Positions 11,351-23,790 of a stretch of DNA of 64,000 nt are shown here, one piece after another (positions within the stretch are counted from its first letter, which is position 1; every line of letters begins with the position of its first letter). The stretch covers positions 11,658,001 through 11,722,000 of the forward strand of contig NC_045698.1 in NCBI RefSeq assembly GCF_009834535.1, written 5' to 3'. The translations under genes and the position numbers were made by a program. Under the pieces are notes generated by a model. That model worked only from the letters and a program-made list of their open reading frames with translations. It ran no database searches and was not told the DNA's origin. Origin of the DNA: Camelus ferus. Its lineage: Eukaryota.

Positions 11351-13330
11351 TTAATTTTTAAAGTTAAAACAGAAGAAAAATCGTATCAGAAAAAACAAAT
11401 GTTTCTCATTGTTAACATTTTCAAAAAAGAAACTACTCATTTATAATGATCATCAATCAGTTGATATTATCACTCTAATTTTAACTCACAGTGATTAAAA
11501 ACGAGAAACGTATCTCCAATTCTTAGTTGCAATTTCCATAAGAATTAGGCAGAAGAAAACCCCCTGAACACTTTCTTGTGGGGAACAATCTTTACTACCA
11601 CTCCTTTGGCCACTGGTAATGCATATTCTTCAAGGAACAATGTCTTGGCCACAGATCACTGTTTGGTTTAATTAAAATGACTGGAACTAGATCACATGAC
11701 GAAAAGAAATGCAGAAAGTTGGCTGGGCAGCCTCCCACGTGTACTGGGGAATGTTGTGGTGCGCTCACGTTATTGTACAGAACACAAAACATCAATAGAT
11801 TATTTCTTCCAGAGTCATGGAAATCCCAAGAGTTCGACAAGCCATGTCCCAGGACTACGGAGTTGTTCTCGGTACAGTTTATAGTTCAAGAGGAAGAAAT
11901 CAAGCAGGTGAGGCAAGGGTCACCTCGGGGGTTCTTGATATGATTGTCCAGAGCTGTATGCCTGAGCCCTAGGATTATAAAGTAGGAGAGAAACCTCTCA
12001 GAGAAGACAGCTTCTAAGAAGACTTCAGTACTGAGAATCTTCCTAGCTTTCCTCATGACAACTGGGCTCAAATAGCGTGGATGCAAGAAAGGGCAAGGCT
12101 GCTTTTTGACTTTAGGGCCAAGAGAATAAAGTCGTGAATGAATCAGGACAAAGGTTAAACTAGCCTGAGCCCACGTGGAACAGAAGGACCAAGAATTCAG
12201 GGCTGGGCCAGAGTGATCAGATAAGCCTGGAAAGTTTGAAAATTCAATTCTAAAGTGGGAGGAAATTCCAAAGTGAATGTTTCATTGCTAAATGAGAAGC
12301 AAGACCGGCAGAGCCACCGACGTGGAGAAGTGAGGGATACTAAACAGGAGAAGCATCTCAGAACAGCCAGGGACCAGGACGCTAATTATGCAGATGAGAT
12401 GAGCTTTCCAAAAAACCCTTTTAGCAAAAGTTCTCCTTTATCCAGATGCCAAGTCTTTGGAAATAGGAGGCTGAGCCTGAAGACTATCCCATCTGGCTGT
12501 CTCCAGATCCACAGGAAGATGGTAGCTCAAAGGAGAAGATGTGAAGCTTTCTTACAGAGGATGAGTATCCTTAGTTGGAAGGTTTTGCCTAACTGAGAAA
12601 AATCTCTCAGATGACTGAATATTAACAGGAGCAACAGCTTTTTGAACTAACAAGGAAGCATTAATTTAGCCACAATAGGGTACGGTGTCTACATAAGGAA
12701 TATCAAGGAGTCTGGATCTCATGTAAGAAAACGTATAGTTATTCCTCCATTTTTTCCCCTAATTCTTTTAGAACCATCCATACCTCATCTCCCAATGTAA
12801 TCGCTTATTCAATTGTTCTGACTGTTACAGATTTACACACTTGTCAAGGGCTTGTTGGTCCAGATTTAACAGTCCAAAAGTTGAAATAAAAATACACTTT
12901 AGCTCTTCAGTGTTTCAGTTTATACTGTCCTTTCCCTCTCTGTCTTATAACAAAAGCAAGTGTTATTCATTATATCAAATCATGGAAATGTCCCCCATGT
13001 GTCAACTGTCTAATACAGTTAATCTCAGTGACTAGATTTTGCCCCATATGAATTAAAAGTGTATGTCTGCATATAATGCATTTTTGTTTCAATACCCTTC
13101 TCAATATTCAATATTAATGATGTTTGAATACAAGCTCCCCAGGGGATCTCTGAGTAATTATTAGGCGGTCATAATGGTATTTACTCATTCTCTCCATAAG
13201 GAGTTGAAAGCTACCTTTGCTAAAGGAGCTTGTTAAAACTCTCAGTGGGCTGTTACTGTTTTCAACCTTGTTTTTGGAACCGAATTTTCAGGGAAAACAA
13301 CTATCTTTACAAAACTTTGACATATTCACA

Positions 13331-13820
13331 TGTTGAGGTATGGGGAAGTCATTGTGGCTTATACGTGAGTTAACATGAATTTCGTGCTAACTGAAAAAGC
13401 CTATTTGTGTACAATCAAACATACATTGTGTAACTACTTTAATTATTAAAGAAAACTGTGCATTGGCCAGAAGTAAAGAACGTCTATGTTAGAAATAAAG
13501 GTTAAATACCTCTCTGTCCAAGATGCCAATGATGGTACTCCTTCAACGATCAGACTCCCCTCCCAGGTGCCAGCACCTTACTGACTCACTGTGTTCATGC
13601 TGATTTGTTTGTCTTGAAACTGAAAGAATATATCCCTGGCTTGTTTCATATCCTTTGTTCTGACCAGATGTAAACCTGTGCTGAAAGCCACGCTTCTCTG
13701 TAGCAGTTTCTCAGAGTTTTATGAGAGGCTGTCTTCCAGGCGATAGTCCTTTTAGTTTGGCTCAAATAAAACTCTTTTCTATTCCTGTATTAGATTATTT
13801 ATTGACTATTTTTGACCAAA
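13331..13820 (+). mobile_element. Solo ERV1-type LTR
   Basis: Starts tgttga. The R region tgagaggctgtcttccagg...tttggctcaaataaaactcttttct is similar to the provirus 3' LTR and the 19156 LTR. The 3' end is ambiguous by a few bases. Confidence 0.8.
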
Positions 13821-14334
13821 CACTGTATATTCTCCTGCTGGTCAGAAGAGCACCCTTGGTAATTATGGAGCACAGCACGAGTCAGATTGTATCTTCCGTG
13901 GATTTATGCAGTTTTGCATAGTGATTTTCCCTTGGCAGTGAGGAGGTGGGCTAATGTGCTGGTTCCGACAGAGAGCTGTGAACGAGCCCCTCTGCCAAGT
14001 CAGTTATTTTTCTCATAAGGACTTTAGTATTTTTCACTGTAAAAGGATACCTGAAAGAATTGTCTGAGAACAGCTGTGTCCTGACACCCCCATACCTAGC
14101 TCTCTTTCCTTACATGGGTTCTGGAGACTGAACCGGTGGCTATAAGACAATCAAGTTGCTGAATCAGTAACAGGGAGGACGCAGCCCATCAAACTGAGCA
14201 CTGAACACACAGCGTCTACTACATGAAGCTGGACTTTGCCTCTGTTTCGGGCTAGAGAAGTCTCACTGCGGGATGACGCCGCCAATGTGAAGGTGCACGG
14301 AATTCTGCCACCTTTGAATTTCTGATGTGTATAA

Positions 14335-14440
14335 ATGTATTCGTTCAGCATATATTTTTTGGATCCCTGGGATGTGCCAGGCCCAATAGAAGGCACTAGA
14401 CTGAGGAAAAATTCCTGTTCTCATGGGATCACTCACAAAG
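14335..14440 (-). mobile_element. L2 3' fragment
   Basis: attcgttcagcatatatttttt...atgtgccaggc...cctgttctcatggg is the reverse L2 3' end. Confidence 0.55.
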
Positions 14441-15369
14441 AGAAAAAGAAACACAAAAAGCTTCCAGGACAGGTGAGCAGAGTCTAAAAGGACAGGTAAA
14501 GAGTTGATTCGGTGGAAAGAGTCTGCTGCAGACTTGGCAAGGAGATGGAAGGGCAGGCTGAAAGAAGCACGTGCAGAGGAGCCGGTATGTTTGGGAACTA
14601 GTGAGATTTTTATTGTCACTGGAGAGTACAGTCCTTGCTGGCAAGTAGTGGAAGTGGCTCATGAGGGGCTTCTAGGATCGGCTACGAAGTTAAATTGTAT
14701 CCTGTCAGGCATTGGCTATAATCACAAGAAAGAACCAGGTCTAAATGTGGTAGGATGCTGCCAGGTCCTGCCACACATACCACAGTGCCTGGGCACGAAG
14801 CCGGTGCTCAGTTAGCCATAATTATTATTCCAAAGGCACAACTGAGAACTTCTCTGAGACAGGGAAATCCTGACCCTCTGCTTCTAGATGTTCCTAGAGA
14901 AAATCTGCTGGAAGAACAATCACCAGTGTGTCTGAGGACGGCTACCCCTCCCAGCTCCCAGTTACACCCCAAATCATGACCCATTTGCCAACATCCGGCT
15001 GTGGTTAGCACAACAGTTTGCTTGAGTGCAAAGAAATCCTTTCCACTGACATAAGAAATTGTAAATCTAAGAAATTGTAAATCTTTTCAGGGAGATTTGG
15101 CAACTCAGCAATCCCCAGTTAAAGGGGGTGGTGGTGGGGGGAAATAGCTATGATATCTTCTCATATTTTATTCTTTACTTTGAGCAATATATTAATAACC
15201 CCAACAAACGGATAACTTCCCACTAGTTCCTGGACTTCCTCACTGTCTCATAGTTTTCCCATCATAAGAGTTTTGGAGGAAAAATAAAGAATAAGCTTTT
15301 CCTCACTAAAGAGAGCATCCTTTTGCTTAAACTTAAACTTAAGGTCATTTGTTCACATTTTAATTGATA

Positions 15370-16170
15370 ACCTACCATTTGCCAGGCCAGGCAGAAGTGC
15401 AGGACGGAGCACTACCATGAGACATAGCGTCACACCCAAGGGTCCAGTGAGGAAGAGACACATGACAAGTGACTGCAAAGGATGCCCCATCAATCATATC
15501 TGTGCGCACAGCACGCTCACAGCGCAGAACAGAGATACAACTCGTAATCGGGAGGCACAGCAAGCAGAAGGAGGAGGGCATGAGCTCTGGGGTTTTGAAG
15601 AAGCTGTAGAAGTTCATTAGGCAGAAAAGAATATGCCAGACAGAAGGCCAAGCAGCTCTCAATTGTTGGCTTTGGGTTCTGCTTTAATTTCATTTTATCC
15701 TTCACTCACTTTTTCTAATAGATATGAGTTCAATTCCCACACCCTGGCTTTGCAAACCAGCAGCAGTCAAATAATGACTTCTTATCCCATTAATTCCAAT
15801 ATATTTTTAATTCTAGCTACTAATTTATAATTTACTTCCAGTTATTAATTCCAGTGTAATATCTGGTTTCCACCTCAAATAGCCCATAATCTACTTGAGT
15901 GATGAGACCAATGCATGGGAAACAGAGGGGAGTCAAATAATACAGCATGTGATTAAGTCACAAGCCGTGCAGAAGAGACCGTGAGTTTCGTAACTGGCGT
16001 TTGGTGGACAGATGTCAGTGCAGACTAAAGCAATCCAGAATGGCTTCCTGGAGGAGACTGGCCTGCCTGTGAGCAGTAGGGAAAATTTAGAGAGTAAAAG
16101 TCCGGGATAAGACCTTCCAGGCAGGAGCAACATGAACAAGGCTCCACGGCAGGAGAATGAACAAGGGATG
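15370..16170 (-). mobile_element. Degenerate L2 fragments (15370-15640 and 15900-16170)
   Basis: cctaccatttgccaggc, atccagaatggcttcctggaggag and ttccaggcaggagcaacatgaacaaggc are typical reverse L2a motifs. Confidence 0.55.
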
Positions 16171-16553
16171 CTTCTGTGGAGCCCGATTTAAAATAAGGCT
16201 GTGTCTGCAGAACCCCTGAGGAACTATTTGAGAAGCGAGAAGTGTGGTCAACAGGCTGCTAGATACAGAACATCCAGCAATATGACTAATTCTTTCCCCG
16301 AAAATCCCTTTGATATATGATCATCTGTTTACATGGCCGCTTCCCCGACCTCACCGGGACTCTCAGCAGGCAGGGGCGGTACCTTATCGATGTCTGCATG
16401 AGTCTTTGTTACTTGGCATCATGCTTGGCACCGCATCAGAACTCACACTGGGTCGGTGAAGGAGACTTAGTTTTGCTTCTTCTCTTTATGGGAGTGATTT
16501 GCTTTGATGGCATAAAAGGATCCCAAAGTCACTTTAACTTTCTAGTTCTAGTC

Positions 16554-16769
16554 TGGTGGTTCTCAACCAAGGATAATTTTGCCACACCCACTCCCCAGGG
16601 GACCTTCGACAGAATTTGGAGATATTTTTGGTTGTCATTACTGGAGATGGTGCTCCTAGTATCCAGGGGGCAGAAGCCAGCGATGCGGGTAAACATCCTG
16701 CAATGTACAAGTCAGCCCTGCAACAAAAATTACCCCAAATGTCGATAGTGCCAAGGCTGAGAAACCCTA
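16554..16769 (+). mobile_element. MER20 hAT-Charlie MITE
   Basis: gtggttctcaacc...ccccaggggac...tttttggttgtca...taaacatcct...aaatgtcgatagtgccaaggctgagaaaccct. 8-bp TSD ttctagtc (16546-16553) / gtctagtc (16770-16777). Confidence 0.9.
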
Positions 16770-17157
16770 GTCTAGTCTAGTCTAGTCTAATCATTCTTAA
16801 GACTGAAATAGATGCTGTGTTCGGATTGTGGGTGTCTTCGCTGTCCTCTCTTCTGAACTTAAAGCATACTCCTCTTTAAAAAGAAATGAGGGGGGAAAAG
16901 CCCAATTCTTTCCAAGATCACTGCACTTAGTTTCCTGGGAAACCTAACAGCAGTCATGTTCAGAGTGTGTCACGGGTCATCTCATCAGCCAGCAAACTGC
17001 ATTACATGGTGACTCAGCCAGCAAATGCACGAGAAACAGTGCAGGGAGGACAATGTCAGGTGGTGACTAATGTGCTGATGTGTTCAAGGTGCCTGATTCC
17101 TTGTGATTCTGCATGTAGTAAGCTGTGTGTATACATTACACAGCATGCTCATATTTT

Positions 17158-17376
17158 AAATGAATGATAGATGATTCAATGAAGCGTTGATGAAGGAAGG
17201 GAAAGCATGTTGCTTAATGAAAGACTTCTTTATAACTTGGAATAGATAGAAACAGACGGATGCAAGGAAGGAAGGACTGAGGGAGGAAGGATAGAGAGAT
17301 GAGTGGATGGATGGATGATAGGTAGATAAATGGATGGGTGGATAAATGGATGAATAGATAGATGGACAGACAGACT
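17158..17376. repeat. (ATGG)/(GATA)/(GGAA) compound low-complexity repeat
   Basis: Degenerate tetranucleotide arrays visible directly. Confidence 0.85.
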
Positions 17377-19155
17377 GAGCTACCCTCATCCAAGGCCACA
17401 GCTAAGGTCACTATAACATCATAATGCTGTGTGGCCATCTCGCACCATGTCTCCATTCACTGGAATCACTTAGATTACAAAAAACAGTTGGCCTTTTCCA
17501 TTTTTGATTAGGAATTGGAAGAAAGCTATTCAAAAAGGTTAGGCTGATTCTAATATTCTGATACTAAACAGTTTCTGAATTAGGCGAACTTGAGGCCTCA
17601 GAGAGGGGAATCTACACTACAAACTAAATAATTGTGTTGTTCTGGAGAAGGGAGAGCTCTTCAGATAAGAAAGAAAACCAAAAACAATCTGATGGGCGTG
17701 GATGAAAAATGTGTCTACTGAGGAGAGAATTCAGCCCATTCCAGATCTGAACGTACACAACTGAGAATCTGTCCTCATAACACATTTGGAAGGAGGCAGA
17801 AAACTCTTCAGGGACCTTTTATTTTAAGGAAGAGAGAAGAATGGTCCAAGCAGGGAAGTAAACGTCTGGGCAAGGCCACCACGTTGGCTGGCAGGAAATC
17901 AATCTGACCACTGGCACTGTTCCAGCGATCCTGTTACTCTGTACGATGCCTCTGAACTCGCCCTGAAACCTCTCCCTTTCTCAGCTTGGGTCATCTTCTC
18001 ACTGCTATGGGCTCACGTACCATTCACTCTTAATTCCTTCTCACCAGTCCAATCCATTACTTTTGATAGCGGCATAAACCACCTGCCCCAGGACCCATAA
18101 TGTCAAAGGTGGCTGGGGTGGGATCCCAGCTGGGGCGCTGGCCACAGGTCAGGTGTTTTATGAAGCTGTTCCTGTACTACTTCTGATAAAATCTCTGTCT
18201 ATCCTGAAAAACATTCCAAAATAATGAACATTACAGAAGGAATGAATATGAAATTATCCACATGACAGCTGAACTAGCTTTTAAGCCACTTTATTTATGA
18301 ACAGGATTTATCTGATAGAAGATGTGAAGGCAACTTTTCTAGAGTTTTCCCTCACCCAAGAGATGCTTAGAGTGAAAAAAAAAATTAAGTAGTTTGGAGA
18401 ACAGAGAAGGGCTTGAGGGCAGCACTATTGATTCTTTTGGAAATTAGATTACCACATTACCGTATTTTAGGAGGTTATAGCCCTAACCCTCTTAAAGGAT
18501 AATTTATTTTTCAACAAACTTCTTTGACAAAAGTTTTGTAATTGAAAGTAGGAGAATGCATGACTGTAATGAAGCATGCTTCACAAACAGTGAACTAAGG
18601 CAACTGTAACCCCAAATAATTAATAAATTATGAAACAGCTACAACAATATTAAATGTACTCCCGGCTAAAAGAAATAAAGCCTAAATCTGGGCATGTTAG
18701 GGCTAAGAGGTGGAGAAGGAGGGCAGGCATAGGGTTGCAGTGGTGGATGCAGAACTTAGAAGGTCTCATCTTAACATCTGTTGGGGAAGAGAAAGGGGAC
18801 CTACTGGTGGCAGGACTGTCCCCAGGCAGGACAAGCAGACGAAGAAAAGGAGGGACACAGAAGGTCAGATCTATTCAATTCTAAAAGCTCCAGTGGCCAG
18901 GAGCAAGCAAGGCAGGGTGAAGAGGGAGCTGCAGAGCACGAGATTCAGGGAGGACCACAGCACCCAGCATGGAGACCAGCTGAGGTGGCCCAGAGAGCAG
19001 CCAACGGAAAACCAGGCCTGTGTATTTCTGGGTAGTGGGGGCACATAAGAAAAGTGTGCTTTGGGCTGGGTTTCTCCTGTAGCTGCAGGAGCAGAACTCT
19101 GCACAAAGAGCTTTATGGAGAGAGCATTTGTGTCGTGTGTGCGTGTGCGTGCACG

Positions 19156-19644
19156 TGTGGGCCTGTAAATGGGGAATATTGCCGGCCCTTCCAGTAGACA
19201 AAGTATGTTGCCCACCATCAGGCCATCAGCCACCGCAGTGGCCCCTGACAGTGTGCCCTGAGGGGATTTCAGAATGGAGAAAACCAGGAAATGTTCTGTA
19301 TTCTGGATACTGGCCCCAGGTAGTTAAGATCATATCTAAGAAATAATTTCAATGAGCCCAGGCTCTTGCATCTTCCCATATATAGAAAAGCACTAAAATC
19401 ATTAACTGGAGATGTCTATTTTTTTGTGATTAAAAATAATCTTTTGATGTTCGACTGCAGGGTTTTTTTGTTTGTTTGTTTGTTTTCAGTAAGAACTCCT
19501 ATATATCCTGGCTCTTCCCTTATCTCTTTGGAACTATTGATCAGAGCTGTCTGAGAGGCTGTCTTCCAGGCTATAGTTCTCAGTTAGGTCCCCAAATAAA
19601 ACTTAACTGGCAACTCTTAGGTCGTGCATTTTCTTCAGTCAACA
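19156..19644 (+). mobile_element. Solo ERV1-type LTR
   Basis: TG...CA termini (tgtgggcctg...cagtcaaca); tatatat box near 19500; ctgagaggctgtcttccaggctatag; AATAAA near 19595. 4-bp TSD cacg/cgca, both derivable from CGCG. Confidence 0.88.
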
Positions 19645-19754
19645 CGCACATGTAAACGTGTATGTGTGCACATGTGTGTTTATGACTCGTACTTGTGTCC
19701 TCCATCTGGTGGTGATGATGTGTTGTTAACATCACAAGCCTCAGTGTGGTCCAG

Positions 19755-19950
19755 CCTCAGTGAGAGTCCTAATTCTGCTACTTCCTACACAACCTTGGAA
19801 ATCTGCTTGACACTTCAGAGCCTCAGTTTCCTCCTTTACAACAGCAGAATAGTAATACTCACCTCATAGGATTGCTCTGAGCATCACAAGAGATGAATCT
19901 CCCTAAAACACTTAACAGCTTCCCTGGAACAGAAGCACTCGATGAACCGC
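19755..19950 (+). mobile_element. MIR SINE
   Basis: gagcctcagtttcctc...aatagtaatactcacctcataggattgct is the MIR core. Confidence 0.85.
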
Positions 19951-20552
19951 ATCCAGCTATAAACTGAAACGAAGACAGAGTTTCCAGAAATTCACACGCT
20001 GAGCCCTGGGAGAAGGCAGGCCCAGGCTTGTTTTGCACAACAGGCAAATATATCCACTGCCACTTTTCTTTCCAGAACCATTGGCTAATATATCAGTGAA
20101 GTTTCATTTGAGAAACATGTTTTCTTCCCAGATCTCTAAAAATCTATGCAAAGCATAATTGTATATTTTTATTAATTTATAAAATTTTATAGTATAAGCT
20201 AGTATGAAGGCCCCCTTTCAGAAGATAAAAATTATAAGACAAAAAATATTGTTTAGGACACTGAGACCAAGATCACATAAGTCAGTTTTTGTACTTGTTA
20301 AGACTGTTTTGCACAAAGGGATCATTAAACTGTGTCACTGGACTCAAAGGAGATCAGGTGTAATGAAGAAAACTCTCCATCTCAGCCCAGAGATTGCATT
20401 TTTCCACTACTTATATGTGGGCTGCTAGTTGTGGGTGAAGAGCAGCATGTTCACATAAGAATATGCACAGTGTAATACAATATAACAGTACGCTATGAAA
20501 TAGATATTTATTTGAAATAGAGAATATTAGAGGTTAACAAAAGCATTTAGAA

Positions 20553-23500
20553 GGCCTTCCTTAAGAAACAAGAAAAATCTCAAATAAACAATCTAACCTG
20601 CCATCCAAAGGAAATCGAAAAAGAAGAACAAGCAAAGTCCAAAGTCAGCTGAAGGGAGGAAACAATAAAGATCAATGAAACCAAGAGCTTGTTTTTTAAA
20701 AAGATAAACGAAGTTGATAAACCTTTAGCTAGGTTTATTAAGAAGAAAGGAGAGAAGACTCAGATAAACAAATAAGAAGTGAAAGAGGAGAAATAATAAC
20801 TGATACCGCAGATATTTTAAAAATCATGAGAATACTATGAACAGTTATATGCTAAAAAATTGGACAACCTAGAAGAAATGTTCAAATATCTAGAAACAAA
20901 AACCTACCAAGACTGAATCAGAAAGAAATAGACAATCTGAACAGACTGATCATTAGTAGTGAAATTAAATTTGTAATGAAAAAACTCCCAGCAACCAAAA
21001 CCCAGGACTGGATGGCTTCACAGGGGAGTTCTACAAAATATTTAAAGAAGAGCTAATCCTATCTTTCTCAAATATTCTGAAAAATTGAAGAAGATGGAGC
21101 ACTCCAAAATTTATTCTACAAGACCACCAGTACCTTGATATGAAAACCAAAGACATTACAAAAAAAAGAGAAAACAACAGGCCAATATCTCTGATGAATA
21201 TAGACACAAAAATCCTCAGCAAAGCATTAGCAAAATGAATCCGGCAATATATAAAAAGGATCATACATTCATGATGAAGTGGGATTTATTCCAAGGATGC
21301 AAGGACAGTTCAATATTCACAAATAAATCAATGGAATACATCACATTAATGAAAAGAAAAGTAAATATCATATGATTATCTCAATTGATACAGAAAAAGC
21401 ATTTGACAAACTTCAACATCCATTGATAAACACTCTCACTGAAGTTAGTATAGAGGGAACATGCCTCAACATAATAAAGGCCATTTATGACAAGCCCACA
21501 GCTAGCATCATTCTTGATGGTGAAATACTGAAATGTCTCCTCTAAAATCAGGAAAAGACGTGATCTTCACTCTCTCTCATCACGTCTATTTAACTTGGTA
21601 TTTGAAATCCCACCTACAGCCATCAGACAAGAAAAAGAATAAAAGTTATCCAAATTGGAAGGGAAAAATAACACTGTCACTATTTATATATGACATAATA
21701 TTTTATATAGAAAACCCTAGTCTCTCTCCACCCAAAAAATTTTAGAACTAATAAATGAATTCAGTAAAGTTTCAGGATAAAAGATTAATATACAGAAGTC
21801 TATTGCTTTTCTATACACTAATAATGAACTATCAAAAAGAGAAGGCAAGAAAATTATCACATTTAAAAATCTCACCAAAAAGAAAAAAAAATACCTAGAA
21901 TAAACTTAACCATGGAAATGAAAGATATATACTCTGAAAACTATAAAACATTGATGAAGGAATTTGAATCTGATACAAATAAATAAAAAGGTATACTGTG
22001 TTCTTGGATTGGAAGAATTAATATTGTTAAAATGTCCATACTACTGAAAGCAACCTACAGATTTAATGCAACTCCTATTAAAATACCCATGACATTTTTC
22101 AAAGAATTAGAATAAATAATGCTAAAAGTTATCTGGAACCACAAAAGACCCTGAATTGCTAAAGAAATCTTGAGAAAGAAGAACAAAGCCACAAGTGTTA
22201 TGCTCCCTGACTTCAGACTACACTACAAAGCTACAGTAATCAAAACAGCATGATACTGGCACAAAAACAGACACATAGATCAGTGGACCAGAACAGAGAG
22301 TCCAGAAATAAACCCATGTACCTATGTCAATTAATCTATGACAAAGGAGGCAAGAATACACAATGAGGAAAAGACAGTCTCTTCAATAAGTGATGGTAGG
22401 AAAACTAGACAGCTACATATAAAAGAATGAGATTAGAGCAATTCTTCACACTATATACAGAAATAAACCCAAAGTGGATGAAAGACCTAAATGTAAGACT
22501 GGAAATCATAAAATTTCCAGAAGAGAACATAGAAAGAACATGCTTTGACATAAATCATAGCAATATTTTTTAGATCTGTCTCCTAAGGCAAAAGAAATAA
22601 AAGCAAAAATTAACAAATGGAACCTAATTAACTTAAAAGCTTTTGCACGGCAAAGGAAACCATCGACATATGAAAAGACAACCTACTGAATGGGAAAAAA
22701 TATTTGCAAATGATATAACTGATAAGGGGTTAATACCCAAAATACATAAAGAGCTCATAAAACTCAATATCAAAAAAGCAAATAACCTGATCAAAAACTG
22801 GGTAGAAGATCTGAATAGATATGTTTCCAAAGAAGACATACAGATGGATGACAAGCACGTGAAAAAATGCTCAACATCATTAATCATCAGTGAAATACAA
22901 ATCAAAGCTAGAATGAGGTATCACCTAACACCATTGGAATGGCTATCATCAAAACATCTGCAAATAACATGCACTAGTGAGGATGGGGAGTAGTGCACTG
23001 CTGGGGGGAATGCAAATTGGGGTAGCCACTAAGGAGAACAGTCCGGAGGGTCCTCAAAAAACTAAAAACAGAACGACCATATGATCCAGCAATTCCACAC
23101 GTGGGTATATATCTGAAGAAAACAAAAATACTAGTTCAAAAAGATATATACATCCAATGTTCACAATAGCATCATTTACATTAGCCAAGACATGAAGCAA
23201 CCTGTGTCCATCAACAGATGAATGTATAATCTTTAGAAGATGTGGTATACACATACACAGTGGAGTACTACTCAGCCATAAATAAGAACGAAATTTCGCC
23301 ACTTGCACTAACATGGATGGACCTGGAGTATATAATGCTAAGTGAAATAAGTCAGACAGAGAAAGACAAATACTGTATGTTATCACTTATGTGTAAAATC
23401 TAAAAAATAAAACTAGTGAATACAACAAAAAAGAAACAGACTCACAGATATAAAGAACAAACTAATAGTTACCAGTGGGGAGAGGGGAAGGGGGAGGAGC

Positions 23501-23693
23501 AAGATAGGGTTAAGAGATACAAACTATTATGTATAAAATAGCAACAAGGATATATTGTATTGCACAGGGAAATAATGGCCATTGTTTTGTAATAACTTTA
23601 AGTGGAGTATAAGCTTTAAAAATATTGAATCACTATGTTATATACCTGAAACTAATATAATATTATAAATTTACTACATTTCAATTTTTTTTA
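20553..23693 (+). mobile_element. 5'-truncated cetartiodactyl-type L1 (about 3.1 kb: broken ORF2 plus 3' UTR)
   Basis: ORF2 peptides such as [13 protein letters not shown]...DKGLI (22643-22993) and a complete 3' UTR. TSD aaaagcatttagaa (20539-20552) / aaaagcacttggaa (23694-23707). Confidence 0.96.
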
Positions 23694-23790
23694 AAAAGCA
23701 CTTGGAACAATCTAGTCCTAACTCCAATTTTATAGAAGCTGAGGACAAAGGTAAGGTGACTTACCCAAGGTCACACAGCTAGTTAATGCC
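23694..23790 (-). mobile_element. MIR3/MIRc SINE, split by the L1 (other part at about 20518-20552)
   Basis: agaatattagag | tctagtccta...ttttataga...gtgacttacccaaggtcacacagctagttaatg. Confidence 0.75.
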
